64,000 nucleotides of DNA from a bacterium. GTDB taxonomy: Bacteria > UBA8248. Position numbers and translations under genes: made by a program. The notes beneath the pieces were generated by a model. It did not search any database and was not told the origin of the DNA. It saw only the letters and a list, made by a program, of their open reading frames with translations. This document shows, piece by piece, positions 39,666-49,365 of this stretch. Location: assembly GCA_965200245.1 (NCBI GenBank), contig CBDATS010000004.1, forward strand, positions 1,280,001 through 1,344,000, in the 5' to 3' direction. The number at the start of each line of letters is the position of its first letter. Position 1 is the first letter of the stretch.

Positions 39666-40757
39666 TCAGGCTGTATGGGCTTCCTGTGCCATTGATCGGC
39701 TCAACCGGCGATATTCACCGAACGAAATGAGCTTGCCTCGCTGTTCGTCCCAGAGCGCGAGATTCAGCGACTTGAACCCTTCCCGCAACGTGATTCGATG
39801 GGCGGACCACAACTCCGGATTCTCGTCGTGACAGCGTTGCAACCGGTAGTTTGGGATGCGAGGACTCAGATGGTGCACGTGATGCAAGCCGAAGCTGGCG
39901 GTCAGCCACTGCAACGGTTTCGGGAGTGCGAGCCATGACGAGCCCTGCAATCCTGCGTCGAAGAAATCCCACTCGCCGGCCCTGCACCAGTAGGCGTCTT
40001 CGAACTGATGCTGCGTGTGGTTCATCCAGCCAGCGATCGCGCATCCGTAAAGCATGATCATGCCCTGGATGATCAGGACATGCAGGAGAGTTTCGACACC
40101 GGCGGCCAGCCAGATGCCCGCCAGCAATACCGCTAGGGCGGCGTTGGTTCGCCATACCGAGCGTCGTTCCCGCGTCTAGGAACGCGGTATGCCGAATGTA
40201 AAACGGTGCACGACCACGAACTTCAAAGTAATAAGGATACCGATCATCACGATGGGATTGCGAAGCAAGCGGTACGCGAGCCGGCCCCTCCACTCCCGCG
40301 CACTGTATTGGGCTGTCGTGAGGGTGAGGATATCACCGCCCCTGTGACTGTCCAGTTTGCCCGAGTCCGCATGATGAAATGCGTGAGTCGTATTCCAGTA
40401 GTCGTAGGGGTTGAGGACCAGCACCGCGAGCGCGTTACCGACAGCGTCGCATGCCCGTCGCGACGTGAAATAGGAGCCGTGGCCGCAGTCATGCTGAATG
40501 ACGATCAGCCGCACCATCAAACCCGCCGCAGGCAAGGCGATGATCGCGGTCGCCCAATAGCCGATCTCCACACTCTGGAGCAATACGACCCACGCGAGGC
40601 CGTACAGGATCAGGGTGACTGCCAGTTGCGACAGACTGCGGCGATTGTCCGCCCCTTCGTAGGGAGCCAATATCTGTCTCCACCGTTCCTTCTACATCGC
40701 CTGGCGGATCAACAGGTCAAGGGTACCTAGGGTTGCGTTAGCGGGTTTGGAGGCCAC
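39666..40757 (-). pseudogene. Membrane fatty acid desaturase with in-frame TAG codons
   Basis: His boxes HDCGH, HAFHH, HHVHH; one frame from GTG 40757 (AGGAG RBS) with TAG at 40692-40694 and 40176-40178. Confidence 0.85.
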
Positions 40758-41636
40758 TGTATTTCTCCTGGATTTCCTTGAACGGGTTTGGCCTGAAAGG
40801 TCGTGTCCCCTTTCGGGCGCGCTCAGTCAACCATGGGCGAAGCACCTAGCCCTCGTGTCTCCTCAGTTTGAGGCGGAACCTCGCCCGAAATTATGAGCCG
40901 GATATTTCATTTTCTGTCCACGCATCATCAAACGTACGCCGAAAAGCGAGCATCCTTGAATAATTCTCATAATACAATATTTATATTGGATTTCAAGAAA
41001 AAACAGTGTTTCAGTTGGGACGGGGACCTACCGGATTCATTGACCAGAAAATTCAGACTGAGACGCTGTCGATATCGATTTGTACGTATTGCATCGACAA
41101 GGATAATGCATTCTAGGCTGGAGATTGCCTGAAAACGAGGGATATGTCCCAAGGGGTGTGGGATTTGTCGGTGACGAGTTCCTGTGTGGAATATTCCAAA
41201 CGGCCCGCTGGAGATGTTTGACAGGTTCGGACAATTTACCCGATGGCGTTGGTCGATCACATGGGTTCGTTGCAGGACGCTGGTCAGTCCCGGCCTCGTG
41301 TGTGATTCTTGCGCAATGCGGGTCGGCGCTGCCTGCGGGCAGTGCGGTCATCAGTTGATTTCGAGATGCGTTTGCATGAAGAGATGCCGCTATTCAACAT
41401 GTCAATCGATGTGCCGCGCAATGCACCGATCACTGACTATGTGACAGAATGCGGTCAGTTCAGCGATGCATGCGAAAGTGATCGGAATCTTCCCTCTCGA
41501 AACGATGAGTTTCGATCCGTTCCCCTGCCTTGTTTTGCGTCCGTTTTCTTGACGAATTTCACATTCCGCAAAAACGCCTTTGCCAGGTTCTCCATTAAAA
41601 CAGGGAATGGCAACTATGTAGTCTGACTTATCGAGC

Positions 41637-41729
41637 TGGCGGAGAGGGAGGGATTCGAACCCTCGAGGCACCTTGTGGGCACCTATACGATTTCCAGTCG
41701 TACTCCTTCGGCCTCTCGGACACCTCTCC
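41637..41729 (-). tRNA. tRNA-Ser (GGA)
   Basis: GGAGAGG acceptor stem, anticodon arm TACGA-CTGGAAA-TCGTA, long variable arm, GGTTCGAATCC T-loop, encoded CCA end. Confidence 0.96.
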
Positions 41730-41867
41730 GCAAGGTGGGGCCGCCACATGAATCATCAGGCGGCCGTGCGGGGGTTTGTATATCACGGAAAATGAGGGGC
41801 TGTCAGTCCGCCGTCTCTGTCGCGTCTTGACTTTTTGCCATTCTTCGCTGATTATTCGAAGCACGTC

Positions 41868-41991
41868 AGAAAGGAGGTGATCCTAATATGAAAATACACT
41901 GTAGGGACGAGGTGACCGGAGCCTAGGGGAGATGCCCTCGGGAGATTCCCACGGGTTCATCTTCGCCCAGGCGAATCCCCACCAGGTCACC
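41868..41991 (+). ncRNA. Candidate structured small RNA containing an extended Shine-Dalgarno and a 12-aa ORF (41888..41926, MKIHCRDEVTGA)
   Basis: AGAAAGGAGGTGATCC then ATG; nested stems GGTGACC/GGTCACC, GGGGA/TCCCC, GATG/CATC, GGGA/TCCC, TTCGCC/GGCGAA. Confidence 0.5.
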
Positions 41992-42001
41992 GAACGATGG
42001 G

Positions 42002-42031
42002 AAACCCCGGTCCATGAGGGCCGGGGTTTTT
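42002..42031 (+). terminator. Rho-independent terminator
   Basis: AAACCCCGG-tccatgaggg-CCGGGGTTTTT. Confidence 0.75.
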
Positions 42032-42099
42032 CACGTCACGTCATTTATAAAGCTTTCATCTTTCACTCCAATTTTTTCAATGCATAAGGAGCATGTTTC

Positions 42100-42558
42100 A
42101 TGTCTCAGGCGAGTTGGACAGTCTACCTCTCGGGAGAAGTGCACACGGACTGGCGCGAGCGGATCACCGAGGGTACCGAGAAAGCGGGCCTGCCGGTTAC
42201 CTTTCTTGCCCCCGTCACAGATCACGGTGCGAGCGATGATTGCGGCGTGTCCATCTTGGGGGATGAGGAAAAATCCTTCTGGAAAGACCGTAAGGGCGCG
42301 GGCGTGAACGCCATCAGAACGCGCACGTTGATTGAAAAGGCGGACGTGGTGGTCGTGCGCTTTGGCGATAAATACAAACAGTGGAACGCTGCATTCGATG
42401 CGGGTTACGCAGCGGCCCTGGGGAAGGCCATCATTACACTGCACGACCCGGGTCACACCCATGCACTCAAGGAAGTCGATGCCGCCGCCATGGCCGTGGC
42501 TGAGGAACCCGATCAGGTGGTGCGGATTCTCAACTACGCCATCAATGGAACTTTATAG
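42100..42558 (+). CDS. YtoQ family protein
   Basis: VYLSGEVHTDWRE, PVTDHGASDDCG, RFGDKYKQWNAAFDAGYAAALGK. Confidence 0.88.
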   Translation: MSQASWTVYLSGEVHTDWRERITEGTEKAGLPVTFLAPVTDHGASDDCGVSILGDEEKSFWKDRKGAGVNAIRTRTLIEKADVVVVRFGDKYKQWNAAFDAGYAAALGKAIITLHDPGHTHALKEVDAAAMAVAEEPDQVVRILNYAINGTL

Positions 42559-42762
42559 AAGGGTCATTTGCAGCAACATATGATTTTCCCTGTTCCCCGG
42601 CGTACCTGTATTTCCATGCAGGAATTTGTTTTGGTGATTGATCGCCTAGCAATGCATGCCGACCATATTGCCGGGGAAACAAAAGAAGAATCCATGCAGG
42701 AATATCCATTTCGGGTATTCCTGCAAAAGGTGACTCTTCGATATGATTCCCCTCGAATTCCC

Positions 42763-43770
42763 TCACCTCCCTCGCGAGAGAACCTCGTAGACTTCCGGGT
42801 TCACAAGAGTGGACGGCCGCTCGCCCCGAAAATAGGCGAGGACGCATTCGGTCGAATGGCGGAGCGTATTGCGGATCGCGTCCTCCCCCCGGCCGCCGAG
42901 ATGGGGAGCGAGTACGGCGTTATCGAGCGTGAAGATGGGATGATCGTAATCGGGTGGTTCTTCAGGGAACACGTCGATGCCCGCACCCCGTATGACGCCG
43001 TTTTGCAAGGCCTCGGCCACGGCGTCAAGGTCGAATACGGGCCCGCGCGAGGTGTTGAAGACGTAGGCGTCAGGCTTCATGAGGCGTAAGGTCTCGCGGT
43101 TGATGATGTGCGTCGTCTCTGGTGTTAAGGGTACGTGACATGTCAGGTAGTCCGATTCCCTCGCCAACTCTTCCAGGCTTACGAAACGCACGCCGAGTCC
43201 GGCGGCCGTTTCCTCATCACGCACGATATCGTGGGCGATCACGTTCATGTCGAAGGCGACGGCCCTTTTTGCCACCTGTCTGCCGATGTTGCCGAAACCC
43301 AGTATTCCCATCGTCATTCCGTTCAAAGGGCGCATGGGCGGCTGAATCTCCCGCCAAAGGCCTTTTCTGATGTTCATGTCCAGCCAGCCGATGCGCCGGA
43401 CGGCACAGAGCAGGAGGCCGAACAGGTGCTCGGCCACGGACTGTGAGTTCTGTCCCGCCGCGTTCGTGACGAGTATGCCCCGCTCGGTGGCCGCAGCGAC
43501 GTCCACGTTGTTCACGCCCACGCCGGCTCGCGCGATGATTTTCACATCGGGTGTATTGTCCATGACGTTGGCTGTATAGGGCTCCGCTCCTGCGATGACG
43601 GCGGTGACGCCCGGCAGCGCTGCGATCACGTCTTCTTCGGGCATGTAGCCCTGGCATTCGTCGAGGCGGACCTTGAGCCCTTCCTCCACCAGTGACTGGA
43701 ACATCTCCATGGGGTCATCGAAGTTTAGTATGAATGGGGTTCCCACCCAGACCACGGGTTTATCGCTCAT
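42763..43770 (-). CDS. D-isomer-specific 2-hydroxyacid dehydrogenase (SerA-like)
   Basis: ARAGVGVNNVD, GILGFGNIG, NTSRGP, DVFPEEP, APHLGG; start at ATG 43770. Confidence 0.9.
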   Translation of the reverse strand: MSDKPVVWVGTPFILNFDDPMEMFQSLVEEGLKVRLDECQGYMPEEDVIAALPGVTAVIAGAEPYTANVMDNTPDVKIIARAGVGVNNVDVAAATERGILVTNAAGQNSQSVAEHLFGLLLCAVRRIGWLDMNIRKGLWREIQPPMRPLNGMTMGILGFGNIGRQVAKRAVAFDMNVIAHDIVRDEETAAGLGVRFVSLEELARESDYLTCHVPLTPETTHIINRETLRLMKPDAYVFNTSRGPVFDLDAVAEALQNGVIRGAGIDVFPEEPPDYDHPIFTLDNAVLAPHLGGRGEDAIRNTLRHSTECVLAYFRGERPSTLVNPEVYEVLSRGR

Positions 43771-43828
43771 TCGTATTGGTCTCCATTTCATTCCCGTTTT
43801 TTCTCGGCGATGTACGAAACTCAGCGCC

Positions 43829-44596
43829 TTATCTGCCCCGCCAAACGGGTTTTCTCTTCTCGCGGAAGGCAAGGATGCCTTCCCTGGAATCCTCCGTGTG
43901 CAGGATGCGGTTCGCCACGTCGCGTGACATGTAGACCCTGTCGCGATAGCCCAGGTCCTCGCCCCGGCGCGCCGCTTCCTTGATGGCGCACACCGCCATC
44001 GGAGCGGCTTCGAGAATCTCTTGCGCGTAGCGTTCCGCCGTCGGGAGAAGTTCCTCGTGTGATACCACCTCGGTGGCAATGCCAAGACGGAGGCACTCCT
44101 CGGCAGGGATGAACTTGCCGCGCATGAGGTAGCTCATCGCCTGCGTCCAGGGAATCGAATGCGCGCACATGGACGGGCCGCTCACCGAAGATATTCCCCT
44201 TAGCGCCTGCGGCCAGCCCATGGAAGCGCGCTCGGAAAAAATGAGAATGTCCGAGTTCAGTGCAAAGCCCGCTCCCTGGGCGAGGCAGGGACCGTTGATG
44301 GCGCAGATGACCGGCTTGTAGAGATAGCGCAGGTAGAGGTAGAGTCCGTCGTTCGACATCACCTCTGCGTCGCCTTCCGGCATCTTTTCCACGATGTCCT
44401 TGCCCGAGCAGAACACGTCACCCGCCGCCGTTATGATGGCTACCCAGATGTCGGGATTGTGCTTGATGTCCACATAGGCGTCCTGCACCTCCTTGCGCAT
44501 GGCATAGTTGATGGCGTTTTTCTTTTCCGGCCGGTTCAGGGTGAGATACGCGACGTGGTTTTTCACTTCATACGTGGTTGCTTCGCGGTTCGCCAT
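43829..44596 (-). CDS. Enoyl-CoA hydratase/isomerase family
   Basis: LNRPEKKNAI, FCSGKD, EDSREGILAFREKRKP. Confidence 0.88.
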   Translation of the reverse strand: MANREATTYEVKNHVAYLTLNRPEKKNAINYAMRKEVQDAYVDIKHNPDIWVAIITAAGDVFCSGKDIVEKMPEGDAEVMSNDGLYLYLRYLYKPVICAINGPCLAQGAGFALNSDILIFSERASMGWPQALRGISSVSGPSMCAHSIPWTQAMSYLMRGKFIPAEECLRLGIATEVVSHEELLPTAERYAQEILEAAPMAVCAIKEAARRGEDLGYRDRVYMSRDVANRILHTEDSREGILAFREKRKPVWRGR

Positions 44597-44790
44597 GGAC
44601 GGGATTCCTTTTTCTGGTGGATACGGGAGCGACGCTTTCCGCTCCTGGAATTCTAATGAGATAGGGGGACATTGTACCCAAAACCACCCGTATGCGCGCT
44701 CCTCGCACGGAAATTTCCTTCACCGGAGACTTGTGAGAAACTCAACTCCATCGCTCAAAGCAAATCTACCGAACCGATAGGAGAAGCCAC

Positions 44791-46440
44791 ATGCGCGTCG
44801 TCGACGTCATCGCAGAAATCCTCAAGTGCGAAGGGGTGAACCACCTGAACTGCTATCCCACGACTGTCCTGATCGAGGCGGCCGCCCGGACAGGGATACG
44901 ACCCATCGTTTGCCGCCAGGAACGCGTGGGTATCGGCATCGCCGATGGTTTCGCCCGCGTCACAAACGGGGCGTCGCCTTCGGTTTTCGCCATGCAGTAC
45001 GGACCGGGGGCGGAAAACGCCTTTCCGGGCATCTCGACCGCATATTCGGATTCCACGCCCATGTTGCTGATTCCCCTGGGGCATGTCAGGTTGCGCGACC
45101 GCGTGTTCCCCATGTTCAGTTCGGTCGACTCCTACGCCTCGGTGACAAAATCGGCCGAGCAGATAAACACGCCCGAGCGAACACTTGACGCCATGCGCCG
45201 CGCATTTCACGCACTCAGGAACGGGCGCCCCGGTCCCGTTCTCGTGGAGTTGCCCGCTGACGTGGCGGGAATGGAGGTCAGCGAAGAAATGCTCGAACGC
45301 TATACGCCCGTGAAGCGCGCACGCTCCCAGGCGGATCCACAGGATATAGAGAGCGCTGCAGATGCGCTGCTGGCGGCAGAGCGCCCGGCGATCATAGCGG
45401 GCGCGGGTGTGCTCTACGCCGAGGCGACGGATGAGTTGGATGAACTTGTGGAACTTCTCCAGATTCCCGTCATGACCACCATGGAGGGCAAGAGCGCGAT
45501 CTCCGAACTCAATCATCCCCTGGCGCTCGGCGTCGCCTCGAGCGTCATGAGCGGTCCCGCCTATCATTTCCTGAAAGATTCAGACCTCGTGTTCGCCGTC
45601 GGATCGAGTCTCACCGACCATGGGCTCGCCACGCCCGTTCCCGGCGGAAAAACCATAATCCACGCGACGAACGACCCCGTTGACCTGAACAAGAGTCATC
45701 ACGCTGCCCACCCCGTGCTCGGGGACGCGAAACTCGTACTGCGGCAGTTCATCGACTGCTGCGCCGAGCGGGTGAAGGGAATGGAAAGGGGAAAGGGAGT
45801 GAAGGCGCAGGTGGCGCAGATGCGGAAGGTCTGGCTCGATGAGTGGGGGCCAAAGCTCACATCTGAAGAGGCGCCTATCAACCCCTACCGCGTCATTTGG
45901 GAATTGATGCAGAATGTGCCGCCCGCGGAGGCCATCGTGACCCACGATTCGGGGAACCCACGATACGAGACGCTGCCCCTGTACCAATGCGACGGACCGA
46001 GGTCTTATCTCGGCTGGGGGAAATCCCACCAACTCGGCACGGGGCTCGGTCTCGCCATGGGCGCCAGGCTCGCCGCGCCCGATAAATTCTGCGTAAACTT
46101 CATGGGTGATGCGGCCTTCGGCATGACGGGTCTCGATTTCGAGACCGCCGTTCGCGAGAACCTGCCCATCTGCACGGTGGTGCTCAAGAACTCCACCATG
46201 GCGGTGGAGACCAGACACATGACGATTTCGCATGAAAAATACGGTACGCGCGACGTGGGCGGCGAGTATGCCGACATCGCGAGGGCGCTGGGTGGCTGGG
46301 CGAAGCGTGTGGAAGACCCGGCGGAAGTCGGCACGGCGTTCTTGGAAGCGAGGCGAAAGACCGAAGAAGGAACGCCTGCTCTGCTCGAGTTCATCACGAG
46401 CGAAGAATTGGCCTACTCCCACGCCCATCCGTTCAACTGA
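44791..46440 (+). CDS. Thiamine pyrophosphate-dependent enzyme (acetolactate synthase-like)
   Basis: RQERVG, YGPGAEN, GRPGPVLVELP, GDAAFGM TPP motif. Confidence 0.9.
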   Translation: MRVVDVIAEILKCEGVNHLNCYPTTVLIEAAARTGIRPIVCRQERVGIGIADGFARVTNGASPSVFAMQYGPGAENAFPGISTAYSDSTPMLLIPLGHVRLRDRVFPMFSSVDSYASVTKSAEQINTPERTLDAMRRAFHALRNGRPGPVLVELPADVAGMEVSEEMLERYTPVKRARSQADPQDIESAADALLAAERPAIIAGAGVLYAEATDELDELVELLQIPVMTTMEGKSAISELNHPLALGVASSVMSGPAYHFLKDSDLVFAVGSSLTDHGLATPVPGGKTIIHATNDPVDLNKSHHAAHPVLGDAKLVLRQFIDCCAERVKGMERGKGVKAQVAQMRKVWLDEWGPKLTSEEAPINPYRVIWELMQNVPPAEAIVTHDSGNPRYETLPLYQCDGPRSYLGWGKSHQLGTGLGLAMGARLAAPDKFCVNFMGDAAFGMTGLDFETAVRENLPICTVVLKNSTMAVETRHMTISHEKYGTRDVGGEYADIARALGGWAKRVEDPAEVGTAFLEARRKTEEGTPALLEFITSEELAYSHAHPFN

Positions 46441-46452
46441 TGGCGACGCGGA

Positions 46453-47442
46453 CTAGACCTCGACGACGATCTTGCCCATCTGCGCGTTCGACTCCATGAA
46501 TTTGTGCGCTTCCACCATGTCGTCGAGCGGAAATGTCCTGGCGATGAGGGGCTTCAGCGCGCCCGATTCTAGGCCGTCATAGATAAACTTCTTCCCTTTC
46601 TCCCTTTTTTCCGGGAACTTCGTGATCTCCATGATCGTATAGCACCGGAAGGTCAGTCCTTTCCTGAGAGACGGAAACAGGGGGATTACCGCAGGCTCGG
46701 GCGAGAGACGGCCGTACAGGAAGATCGAACCCTGATAGGCGGCCGCATCGGCGAGTTTTTCCAGAGAGGAGCCGACGACGGGGTCGAAGATGACATCGGC
46801 GCCCGCGCCTCCCGTGATTTCCTTGACCGACTGCGCCAGGTCCTCCTCTTCGGTGACGACAACGTGGTCGGCGCCCGCGTTCAGGATGAAATCCTTCTTG
46901 CCCGATCCGCGCGTCGTGGCGATCACCCGTGCACCCACTGATTTCGCAATCTGGGTTGCCGCGACCCCGACGCTGCTGCTTGCCGCTGTGAGCAGTACGG
47001 TGTCCCCTTCCTTCACCCGCCCGAATTCAATGAGCGCGCCGTATGCAGTGAAATACTGCATCCATATGGCCGCACCCTCGGCGGGCGTCAGGTTGTCGGG
47101 ATAGCGGGCGGCTGCGAACGCAGGCACGACCGCCTGCTCGCCGTCCACTCCGTGTTCCACCATCGAGAAACAGGGAATCGTGCTCACCCGATCCCCTATG
47201 GACAGACCCTCCACGCCAGGGCCCAGGGCGTCTATCGCTCCGCAGGCCTCGTAGCCTATTCGGCAGGGGAACACGGGTTTGTCGTGGTAGTGTCCCTCTC
47301 GGAAGAGAACCTCCGCCCGGTTGAGTCCCATAGCCTCTACGGCGATGCGCACCTCACCCTCGCCCGGTTCCAGATCCGGAACCTCGGCCACGTGCAGCAC
47401 GTCCACGCCACCTAATTCGTCGAACAAAACGGCTTTCGGCAT
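46453..47442 (-). CDS. MDR-family NADPH:quinone reductase-like oxidoreductase (copy 1, intact)
   Basis: GLNRAE, GYEACG, TAASSSVG, MESNAQMGKIVV. Confidence 0.9.
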   Translation of the reverse strand: MPKAVLFDELGGVDVLHVAEVPDLEPGEGEVRIAVEAMGLNRAEVLFREGHYHDKPVFPCRIGYEACGAIDALGPGVEGLSIGDRVSTIPCFSMVEHGVDGEQAVVPAFAAARYPDNLTPAEGAAIWMQYFTAYGALIEFGRVKEGDTVLLTAASSSVGVAATQIAKSVGARVIATTRGSGKKDFILNAGADHVVVTEEEDLAQSVKEITGGAGADVIFDPVVGSSLEKLADAAAYQGSIFLYGRLSPEPAVIPLFPSLRKGLTFRCYTIMEITKFPEKREKGKKFIYDGLESGALKPLIARTFPLDDMVEAHKFMESNAQMGKIVVEV

Positions 47443-47522
47443 GTCTTCTATCTCCTCTGGTCTCGTTTGCAGGTGCGATCCCGATGGCCCGTTCCCGTGC
47501 CCGCCCGTTCGGGTAGACCCGC

Positions 47523-48512
47523 TTACACCTCGACGACGATCTTGCCCATCTGCTCGTTCGATTCCATGTATTTGTACGCCCCCACGATGTCGTCTAGCGG
47601 GAACGTCCTGGCGATGATGGGCCTGAACGCGCCCGATTCGAGGCCGTCAAAAATGAATTTTCTCGCCTGTTCTCTCAGGTTTTCGTCTCTGGATATTTCC
47701 ATGATTGTATAACCCCTGAAGGTAAGTCCTTTCCTGATAGCCGGGTACAGGGGCAAAACCGGAGGATCGGGCGATAGGTGGCCGTAGGAGAAAATCGTGC
47801 CGTGGTAGGCGGCCGCTTCTGCGAGAACCGGAAGATATGACCCGACGACGGGATCGAAAATGACATCGGCACCCGTGCCTCCCGTGATGTCCATCACAGA
47901 TGCCGCCAAATCCTCCTCATCCGTCACGACGACGCGCTCTGCCCCGATGTTCAGGAGAAAATCCTTCTTCCCCGCTCCGCGCGTCGTGGCAATGGGCCGC
48001 GCGCCCAGGGATTTCACAATCTAGATCGCCGCGATCCCGACGCTGCTGCTCGCTGCGGTGATGAGGACGTTGTCTCCCTTCTTCACCCGCCCGTATTCGA
48101 CGATTGCGCCATATGCCGTCATGTACGCCATCCAGATGGCGGCGCCCTTTACGGACGTGAGGTTGTCGGGATAGCGGGCGGCTGCGAACGCAGGCACGAC
48201 AGCCTGCTCGCCGCACACCCCGTGTTCTATCATCGAAAAACACGGAATCGTGCTCACGCGATCCCCTACGGACAGACCCTCCACGCCAGGCCCGACTGCG
48301 TCTATCACTCCGCAGGTCTCGTAACCGATTCGGGACGGGAACACGGGCATTACGTGGTAGACGCCCTCGCGGAACATGATCTCCGCCCGGTTGAGCCCGA
48401 GCGCCTCCACCTTGATGCGAACCTCGCCCTTGCCCTCCTCGAGATCGGGAACCTCGGCGACGCGGAGCACATCCGCACCGCCTGATTCATCAAACAAAAC
48501 GGCCTTCGGCAT
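47523..48512 (-). pseudogene. MDR-family oxidoreductase tandem paralog (copy 2) with in-frame TAG
   Basis: Collinear with copy 1; TAG at 48021-48023 aligns to CAG (Gln) at 46951-46953 of copy 1. Confidence 0.88.
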
Positions 48513-48536
48513 ACCTTCATCCTCCCAGGGTTTCGT

Positions 48537-49364
48537 TTACAGGGCCGGGCCGATGGGCCATTCGAGGACCGTCACCCCCAGAAACCACAGGGGCTCGATC
48601 CGGTAGGTCCACAGATTTGCCCCGGTGTCTCCGGCAAGGGCCGCGGCGGATATCCATGTCGTGATCTCGTTGCCGCCGTTTCCGCCCGCATCTATTTTGG
48701 CCTGCGGCCACGCGGCGAGATCCTTCGCGGCCGCACCACACAGCAAATCGATCACCTCGCGATCCCACATCTCGTCGATATCGCCCTGCTCGGGAGTTCC
48801 AATCCAGTGCGAGGGCGCGCCCGTCGCCAATATGGCCATACGCTCGAGGCCTGCATAATCCTCGAGTAATCGCCTGAGCGAGAGGCCAAGATCGTATGCC
48901 CTCGCGGCAGGCGGCAGGGGCGGAGCCACGGTGTTTTGAAGAACAGGAACGATGGGAAGCCCCGTATCGCCCATAAGCGCCATAGGCGATACGAAGGAAT
49001 GATCCAGCGCCAGTTCGCGGCACAGAAGAGGATCGAAGCCAGCCGCCAGAAGCCCCCGTGCGAGATGGGAGGCCAGCGCTTCCGCACCCTCGTATACGTC
49101 GCTCGGCAAGAAGGGTTCCGTCTCGACAGGGCCGAACCTGGCCCCCACGCCTATCGCCAGGGCAGGGTATCTGTCCATGGAGAAGGCGTGCAGATGGTCG
49201 TTCCCCAGCAGGACCATTGCCTGGGCGCCCCGCGCTACGATCTCCCGGGCCATTCTGCGGTAGGAGGAGAAGACCTCTTCTCGCACGTCTTCGGCGGGCG
49301 CGTCATGTCTCAGCAGGAAAAGAGGCGTATGGCTCGCCGCGAAGGCTCCGGTGATCTTCGCCAT
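48537..49364 (-). CDS. Class III extradiol ring-cleavage dioxygenase, catalytic subunit (LigB-like)
   Basis: ASHTP, NDH, LDHS, SHW, GNGGNEITTW. Confidence 0.85.
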   Translation of the reverse strand: MAKITGAFAASHTPLFLLRHDAPAEDVREEVFSSYRRMAREIVARGAQAMVLLGNDHLHAFSMDRYPALAIGVGARFGPVETEPFLPSDVYEGAEALASHLARGLLAAGFDPLLCRELALDHSFVSPMALMGDTGLPIVPVLQNTVAPPLPPAARAYDLGLSLRRLLEDYAGLERMAILATGAPSHWIGTPEQGDIDEMWDREVIDLLCGAAAKDLAAWPQAKIDAGGNGGNEITTWISAAALAGDTGANLWTYRIEPLWFLGVTVLEWPIGPAL

Positions 49365-49365
49365 C

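Noticed and set aside
40957-40972. Fur-box-like GAATAATTCTCA
   Set aside because: Half-site match in an AT-rich tract with no iron-related gene adjacent.
41184-41444. Cys-rich ORF resembling a double zinc ribbon (CDSC..CGQCG) or a RiPP core
   Set aside because: No RBS or leader, atypical composition; at most a remnant.
41868-41883. Possible 16S rRNA 3'-end fragment on the minus strand
   Set aside because: The match stops at GGATCACCTCCTTTCT; the adjacent conserved 16S sequence (..GCGGCT) is absent, so it is treated as an extended SD.
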